Made by a program: the position numbers and the translations under genes. A stretch of DNA of 27,919 nt from Zygophlyctis sp. KS116 (Eukaryota > Fungi > Chytridiomycota). Of the stretch, positions 20,902-27,919 are shown one piece after another. Below the pieces are notes generated by a model, which was not told where the DNA came from, searched no databases, and saw only the letters and a program-made list of their open reading frames with translations. The stretch covers positions 1 through 27,919 of the forward strand of contig BAAFSQ010000131.1 of the NCBI GenBank assembly GCA_054661495.1, written 5' to 3'. Each line of letters begins with the position of its first letter. Positions within the stretch are counted from its first letter, which is position 1.

Positions 20902-23900
20902 AAAATTTGAAAAAAATCGAAAAAATCAAAATTCAGAAAAGCTACCTAAAAAAAGCATCTCCGGAGGCAGCTTTTTTTGGCGAGAATTTTGGCGAGAATC
21001 TTGCCAAAAATTTTATTAAAAATTTGCTTACTTTGAAACCCCCTAGTTTAAAATAATGATTGAAATTCGAAATTAAATCATTACAGATAGAACTGTTGGG
21101 CGAACTAACCAATAAATCATCTACATAAAGCAATATAAATATGATCTGACCATCCAACTTTTTAAAATAGATAGATGAATCACTGTATAATTTGGTAAAA
21201 CCTAATTTTGATGCGACTTGTTTGAACTTTAACGACCATTGTCTTCCGGCCTGCTTAAGTCCATATATAGCTTTATTGAGTTTGACCACTTTTCCTTTAT
21301 AGATATCTTCAAACCCTTCAGGTGGTTCTATGTAGATTTCTTCATTAATTTCACCATTTAGAAAAGCAACTTTCCCTTTTGAAAATTAACACATTAAAAT
21401 AAACGAATGGAATCGGAATCCGCCACACCAGCAAACACTTCTTCGTAGTCAATTCCCTCAATTTGAGAATATCCTTTTGCAACAAAGCGAGCTTTGTTAA
21501 TTCCATTTTGTTTTACTTTATAAACCCATTTGGTTCCGACGGTCTTTTGTCCGTTTTTGGTGACTGGAGTCCATGTGTTATATTCAACCAAAGAAGAGTG
21601 TTCAACATCCATTGCATCCTGCCAGGAAGGTGCACTGTTTGATTTTAAGCATTCTTTAAAAGTTTTTGGGTCGGAAACAGTGAATGATTGATATGCTAAT
21701 TTTTCTGGCTGATGTCTCATTCTTGTTGGATAACGTTTAGAACTGATAGATTCAGGACTGTTTCCATTTCCGTCATCCTTAGCACTTTCTTCATTTTCTG
21801 TAGAGTCTGTAGAGCTATTTGAATCGGAATAATTTTCATCATGATCATTGCTTACATCTTCAATAAAATCGAATTGTTCACCATAGAATTCGTCTTCCTT
21901 GAACTCACAGTCTATTGAACACATTGTTTTTACTGTTTCCACGTCTAAAAATAAGTATGACATTGGTGTGTTCCCGATATATATCATTTTCAAGGCAGTA
22001 CCGTCTTCCTTTGATCTTATTTCTTTTCTTATATGAACGTATGCGATGCATCCGAAAACCTTTAAGCAATCAATTCTGACCTTTTCTTTTAGTAATAGTT
22101 CATTTGCGCTTGGATTCCTGATGCTATTCATAATTAAAGTAGCATGCTCTGCTGCATGACACCAGAAATTGCTTGGTTAGTTACTCTCCGCCAATAGGCA
22201 ACGAACTCTCTCCTCCAAATCTCTAATTTTTCTGTCCACTATTCCCAGTTGAGTTTTATCGTATTCTGTTGTTGTTAAATGGGAAATTCCCTTTTTAATA
22301 AGAAAGTTATTTAGATCAATAGTATCGAAACAGCCGTCATTGTCGTGCTTGAGGTACTTAATTTTGTATTTGTTTCTGGATTCCATAAAATCACAGTAGT
22401 CTTTTATGTGCATTTCAGATGCACTTTTATATTTCATGGGATAAGTTGTTATATAATTTGCACTAAAGCGTACTTGTAATCTCTTATTGAGTATGATGTA
22501 AAAGTAATTATATCTAAGCTAATTATTGCTAGAGGTTCCTCCGGTTTGGTAGTCTTAGAAACTTTTGCAACTTTAAGTTTTGTCATTTTGCTTTTTAAAC
22601 ATGCGTCACAATTGAGTGTTTTGATATTTTAATCAATCGTTTCACTAATATATTTATCATTATAATGGCCTAAACGACTGTGAACTATGTGATCTGACAC
22701 TTTCTGAGAATATGCAGCAGTTTTCGAATCAAAATCCGCCACATACATGCCTTCAATGTTTTTAAAGAATCTGAAGATTTCCTGCTGATTGTTTTGATTG
22801 TCAGTGATGGTGAAAAAATTCTCCTTAAAATATGCACTGAAGTCATTATCAGTAATCTTGTTTAAACTTATAAGGTTTGCATCAGCTTCAGGGACGAATA
22901 GAACATCTTTCAATATTACTTTATCCAAATCAATTTCACCCGTTCCCAATATCTTTATTTTTTGACCACTTGAAGTCTTTATGTATGATCCACTATTTGT
23001 CACTTTATAATTTTGTAATAATGATTGCATAAGTGATCAGTCGCACCACTATCTAGATAAAATTTCTTTGATGCAGATTGAGTTGCAGTCATACATCGTT
23101 TTTCAAATTGTTTTGTCGTTGTTGCAGCCCTCCTTTCCGTAGATTCGTCCTTGGATGTACCAGTTGGCTTACCATGAAGCAACCAACATCTATCCGCTGT
23201 ATGACCCAGCTTTTTGAAATATGTGCACTTTCTAGTTTCGGTCTTCATTGCATGTTTGTCAGTACCCTTGTTTCTTACGCCACTATATGATAATTTGAGT
23301 TCAATTTTTAAAGTGTGTTTTCTAATTCAACTCCTGTAATATCTTGATTGGTTGCAATAAAAGCTTGATTATATTTGCTCGGTAATCCCTGCAGTAGAGT
23401 GTGAACATGTGCTTCTTCTGTGATCGCATAACCATTTGTATTAAGTGCATTTCTAAACTGATTCATTTTGTCAATGTAATAATTTAAAGAGCCTGATTCT
23501 TGCAATCTAAAAGAATTATACTTATACTTCATTTGGGCTATAGAGAATTTATCTTTTGTTCCATATTATCTTTCGATTGTATCCCATACATCTCTGCTAG
23601 TCTTGCACGTGATGATCTTGTTCTTGATCTTTTTGGTCAGAGATTTGTATATCACTATTAACGCCTTTTTATCAAGCTTATGAATGATTTCATCAATGTT
23701 TGAGATCTGCTAAGTTCTTGTCCACATTAGAAATAGAGGTAGACGTAGTAGTCTGTCCTGAGGTAGTTGTGTTTTGCTGCCTGCCCCGATCGAGTATTAG
23801 CATGTCCTCTTGCTGAAGATAAAGCTTCAGTATCATTTACTTCATTTACGTCAATTTCAATGACGTAAATTTGGTGGGACAGGTCGTCCACCAGCTTTGC

Positions 23901-24064
23901 TTTGGTAGTTATCATGCCTTCTGAGAAAATGCTCCATAAGCCTCTAGATTCGAGTTTCTTTAAGATTTCAAATTTCCAAATGTGATGATCATAGCCATCA
24001 AATTTTGTTTTAGTATTTTTGTCCGAATCTGTATCGGATTCATTTTTATCCCTAGTATTTGTTT

Positions 24065-24078
24065 TTCGACTGTTAATC
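24065..24078 (-). promoter_or_regulatory. PBS of copia-4 complementary to the tRNA-Asn(GUU) anticodon arm
   Basis: Minus-strand GATTAACAGTCGAA is identical to 9312-9325; it lies 3 nt after ..TTACA and 21 nt before the gag ATG. Confidence 0.65.
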
Positions 24079-25190
24079 CTTTGTAACTTGTCAATAAATT
24101 CAGTTTTATTTTAATTCAGTAATTAGATCTTAATCACCTAAAGAGATCAATATTAATTACCGATAAAGAGAATGACGTACTTATCATGTCAGATCAGTTA
24201 GCTTTCCCACTTTTAAACATTGGATTGCAATTAATGATTCACAACGAAAACAATATATTACTTGACTCTCAATTTGGAATTTCTCTCTCTACATTAAAAC
24301 AAAAACTATAAAAATTTAACAAGTATTTTAAGATTATCAGATACAAAGGTATCACAGCATCTGTTCTGAATGCAACATTTCCTAGAATGGACTTGGAAAA
24401 AACTAAATTGAAAAGCTTTAACGATTTTATGAGTTATCATATGTATAAACAAAAAATATACATGGACAATGGGAAGCTGAACGAGATACATGAAATAAAT
24501 CTAAAGCAGTCGGATCAGGAATATAAGGATTTTCATAAAATATTATTAAAATTGAATTTTACATATTGTCTCTTTAAAAAGATAAACAAAACATTTGAAA
24601 CCTAACTGGTGGCAAGAAATTCTGCGTCACTTTGGAAAGGTTGATCAAAATATTGATTAAGACTATGCATTCAATTTTAGGACCCAATTCAAACAAAACA
24701 ATCCAATCGAAATTCATCAGATATCCCGATCTAGAAGAAATAGAACTGGACATAAGGTAGTTTAAAAGCAGATGAAAATCAAAACTTACAAATGGGCGCA
24801 GCATTATTTTTGTTAAAATACCTAAAGTTTCATTCTCTCTTGATCAAATGTAAACAGATCATTTATCAACTCCGAATCTGAGTTCTATGGTTCATCTGTA
24901 ATATTTTTGACTTAGTCATCCGCAGAATTTTCGATCTTTATCGGATTCACAGGACATTTTTTATTCTCGGCATCTACGTTAAATTGTTGAATGCTGTCCA
25001 CAGGAGTTTATTCATCAACAGAAGAAGCGTCTTCAGAAGCTAAGTTTGACGATAATTTTCTTTTTACCCTTTAATGGCCGATTTGGTGGTTTTTGGTGTT
25101 TTTTTATGGCATTTATGTGGCTAAATTCTTCATCCTGACCATTGGTTTTGATTTTAAACTCCAGAAAACTTACTTTACCGTCTTTTACTC

Positions 25191-25240
25191 TCTAACCCTA
25201 TTTTAACTACAATTATCTAACCCTATTTTAACTACAATTA
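25191..25240. repeat. Perfect 25-bp tandem duplication containing CTAACCCTA
   Basis: TCTAACCCTATTTTAACTACAATTA x2. Confidence 0.95.
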
Positions 25241-26112
25241 GTGATCTTCAAAAATACAGGAACTGATTGCATTTCTTTAAAACTTAAGCCATCAAAAATT
25301 GTTTCGGCTTCTCTGTATCCCTTCCATGATTTATAGTCAACTGTCATCGACGAATTTTGGTTATCACAAAAAGCAACATATGCTGCTATATAAGCTAAGC
25401 AATGATTCAGATCCTTAGGCAACCGTTCCTATAGATTGCGATAAGTGAGATCCCCATTAGACTTCAATACATAACGGCTGAATTTTCCAAAAAGGTTATA
25501 CCCCAAACCCTAAACTTAATCAAGATAATAATTACTACTACATTCAATTCCAACATTTACAAAATTTTAGCAGCTGAATTGGGAAATTCTTTCCCTCTAA
25601 TTTTACAAGAAATATATATTTTAATTGAGCTTTTAGTTTCTGGATTTCTACCTGGAAATTATTTGCATGACCGTAAATTGATCCGGTACATCATCAACAT
25701 CTGAAAATCTTTTGGCAACTTAAGAATTTGACATGGGTAGCTAAAATCTGCAGAGAGAAAACCATCCTCTACCAATGATTTCATGGCAAAAATTCTATGC
25801 TGACCATTCTATTTATAAGAAAACCAATCTTACCAAAAGAAAAAATTCATTATTTTTTTCTACAAGAGAAATTACAGAATGTTTGTTGATAACTATAGAA
25901 GCAGCTTCGATACTATTTTTAATTTTCTCAGCCTATGATATTTAATAATCTACAAATCTACATGCCCAGAATCTAAACGAAAATCCTAAGGATTAGTTCC
26001 TGCTCCTGGGCCTCTTCTAAATAACATTCTTATAAGCTGACTAAACAATATTTTCTTCTTATAAGACATAAAAGATGTCTTTATACGACCAGGGTCTAAA
26101 ATAAACTTATCC

Positions 26113-26580
26113 TTACCCGTTTAATATCTGATGTGCAGGTCCAGGTTCTGAACCAACACTGTTATTCAAATACGTTTCATCAATTCCTAACCCAGCCATT
26201 CCCACTGTAGCTGATTTTCTTGTATTTTGATGAATGAAAAGATTTCCAGTAACATAATACGTATACACTTCCACTGGTATAGCATCCACATCATCAGTAC
26301 TTGCATATAATTCAGCTGGTGTAGCTTCCCTATAAACTCCAGATTGATTATGAAATTTCAACATACTAGTTGAATGAATAGTCACATACTTTTGACTAAA
26401 ATGAAGATTAATTCTACCTGGGTATTGCTTATTAAACGCATCTTCAGGAAGATACTCACTTTGCCAATCATCATAATATTTAAACTGTATAGTACCCTTC
26501 ATTCCACAAGGTTCTGTAAACGCAGGTATATGAATACCTGCATATCCAAAAATACAGTGCCCTGCATGAATAATAACAGG
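26113..26580 (-). pseudogene. Orphan coding fragment of unknown family
   Basis: The open frame extends upstream of the listed ORF (PVIIHAGHCIFGYAGIHIPAFTEPCG-MKGTIQF...), has protein-like composition and begins at telomere tract 26594-26606. Confidence 0.35.
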
Positions 26581-27166
26581 TTAAGGCGCATGTCTAACCC
26601 TAACCCAGAAGTATATTATGAGAATTGGCTGCGCTAGAGCAGGTTAAACAAGGAAATTTCAACATGATTTCAAATGGATTTATCTTCTAAACGCGTTATG
26701 CGATTAAGCTGAAATATCAGTATGTTCATCTACTCAAATCGTTCTTCAAAATAAAATATCGGAAATCGGATAAGAACTGAAGGAGATGGAGCTTAGCCCA
26801 AACCTAGTCAATAAAGGCCTACAGGGTGCCGCAAGCTGCCGCATGTCTCAGATCTCACCCTTTTGGACTATAAAAGAGCTTAAGCAAAGTTTTATAACTT
26901 TAAGAAAAATAAATCAACTTGCAATGAATAAAAATCTTAAATCGATTGAACCCACTGAACTTCCTACTTCAATACATTGGGTACCTGTTACTAATTTCAA
27001 TCGAACTGCCATCAGCTAGAATAGCTGAGCAGGGTTTCTTTAAGTTCCAATAACAGAAGGAGCGGTTGAATGCGCGGTAGATCGTATATGATCAGAAAAA
27101 AAGTAACTTTCGGACATAGATTAATTGATTTTTTCTTCTGTTTTAGAGACTTATACTTAACCCTAA

Positions 27167-27410
27167 ATGAAAATTTATGCAAGTTTAATAGTAAACCAGC
27201 CAAGGTGTCATTTAAGAAACTCCGAGCTACAGTGACAAAATCTAAATTCTTATCACCAGCCACGTAATTGTCAGTGCAAAATTTCTCTATAACATCAGCC
27301 CATTTCTTGTCATTCAACTCCGTCTTCAATGGACTTTCAGTCCAACCAGTACCAAATGAGTAAGGAAGAATGTTTGCAAGTTGCTGTTCTACATTACGCA
27401 ACAAAGCCAC
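27167..27410 (-). pseudogene. Orphan coding fragment of unknown family
   Basis: Protein-like frame (LPYSFGTGW..KKWADVIEKFC..) that loses protein-like character at TAACCCTAA 27158-27166. Confidence 0.3.
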
Positions 27411-27839
27411 ATGAACATTTTTAGTGTATTGACAGAAGTAGTTTGGGGCTCACATACTTTCTTGCCCATTCATTCTCAACGAATTTTAAAGGCAGTTTAA
27501 CCATAACAGTGCCTCAATCAATCCGCAGATATTGATATCTTTCTTGTAACCGAGACACCAACAACTATTATGCTTCTCTGTTTTTTATCAATTATTGCAG
27601 CTTGGAGAATCTCATTTACATTACTATGATGCATTTTTTACGCATTTGATTTACTTAAGGCAAAGTTTGCACCTGTAATAATACTTATTCTTGCCAGGTC
27701 CAAATAAATAGTTCTTGACAGGGGTCTATTATTTTTAATGGTAAGAGAATGTAAATATCTTATTTCAGAATTCTGAGAAACAAATTATTTTATTTTTAAA
27801 AAGTATATATTTAGTGAATAAATTAACCTTGTCATCTAA

Positions 27840-27919
27840 GAGTCCCGTTTGGGTCCCGAAGTCATGACCGCGTCACGGCCATTTATGACATGAGACACAA
27901 AACCCTCGTTTTACATACA
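27840..27919 (+). mobile_element. Possible terminus of another PIF/Harbinger-like element running off the window
   Basis: TAA followed by GAGTCCCGTTTGG, resembling PIF-type TIRs (GG.CCCGTTTG); abrupt rise in GC. Confidence 0.3.

Larger units (their letters stand above)
18516..21044 (+). mobile_element. Two-gene PIF/Harbinger (PHIS) DNA transposon (Harbinger-A), 2529 bp, 3-bp TSD AGT
   Basis: TIRs AGGGGGTTTCAAAGTA(T/A)GCAAATTTT; AGT duplicated at 18513-18515 and 21045-21047. Removing the element rejoins the copia-4 RT (HYFKLKE..LFIGW). Convergent transposase and ORF2. Confidence 0.95.
17951..24078 (-). mobile_element. Ty1/copia retrotransposon (copia-4), degenerate, interrupted by Harbinger-A
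   Basis: PBS 24065-24078; gag from ATG 24043 (KFDGYDHHIWKF, LLQGLPSKY, LGHTADRCW); PR YLDSGATDH; IN HSRLGH, KHDND; RT KARFVAKGYSQ, YGLKQAG, LYVDDLL; RNase H GYCDADYA..STVEAE, cut at 17939-17950. Confidence 0.95.

Noticed and set aside
20942-21047. C-terminal extension of ORF 20942-21289 as part of RT
   Set aside because: It is read-through from the copia-4 RT into the Harbinger-A TIR.
24122-24135. Second Lys-type PBS (GATTAAGATC, minus strand) for copia-4
   Set aside because: Only a short gapped match; the Asn-type site at 24065-24078 is longer and recurs elsewhere.
27540-27600. Restriction-like endonuclease of a non-LTR retrotransposon (AIIDKKQRSIIVVGVSV)
   Set aside because: It lacks the PD and D/E catalytic residues, and no LINE RT is nearby.

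Overview
AT-rich eukaryotic (fungal-like) genomic DNA with one tRNA-His gene and no recognisable intact host protein gene. The rest is a mosaic of decayed and nested transposons: four Ty1/copia LTR retrotransposons plus extra copia pieces, two PIF/Harbinger (PHIS)-type DNA transposons (one near-complete and inserted into a copia RT), and pogo, hAT, Crypton and gypsy-like fragments, with a few orphan ORF remnants. Three patterns are not explained by this annotation. (1) Short telomere-repeat tracts (TTAGGG/CCCTAA, 1-2 units, often head-to-head) recur at many breakpoints between fragments and inside decayed ORFs, suggesting frequent telomerase-assisted double-strand-break repair. (2) Copia primer-binding sites match the anticodon arms of tRNA-Lys(CUU) and tRNA-Asn(GUU), i.e. 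half-tRNA priming with unusual tRNAs. (3) Spliceosomal introns are only 26-31 nt, and one differs in presence between two related transposon genes. All family calls are by-eye motif recognition, not database searches.
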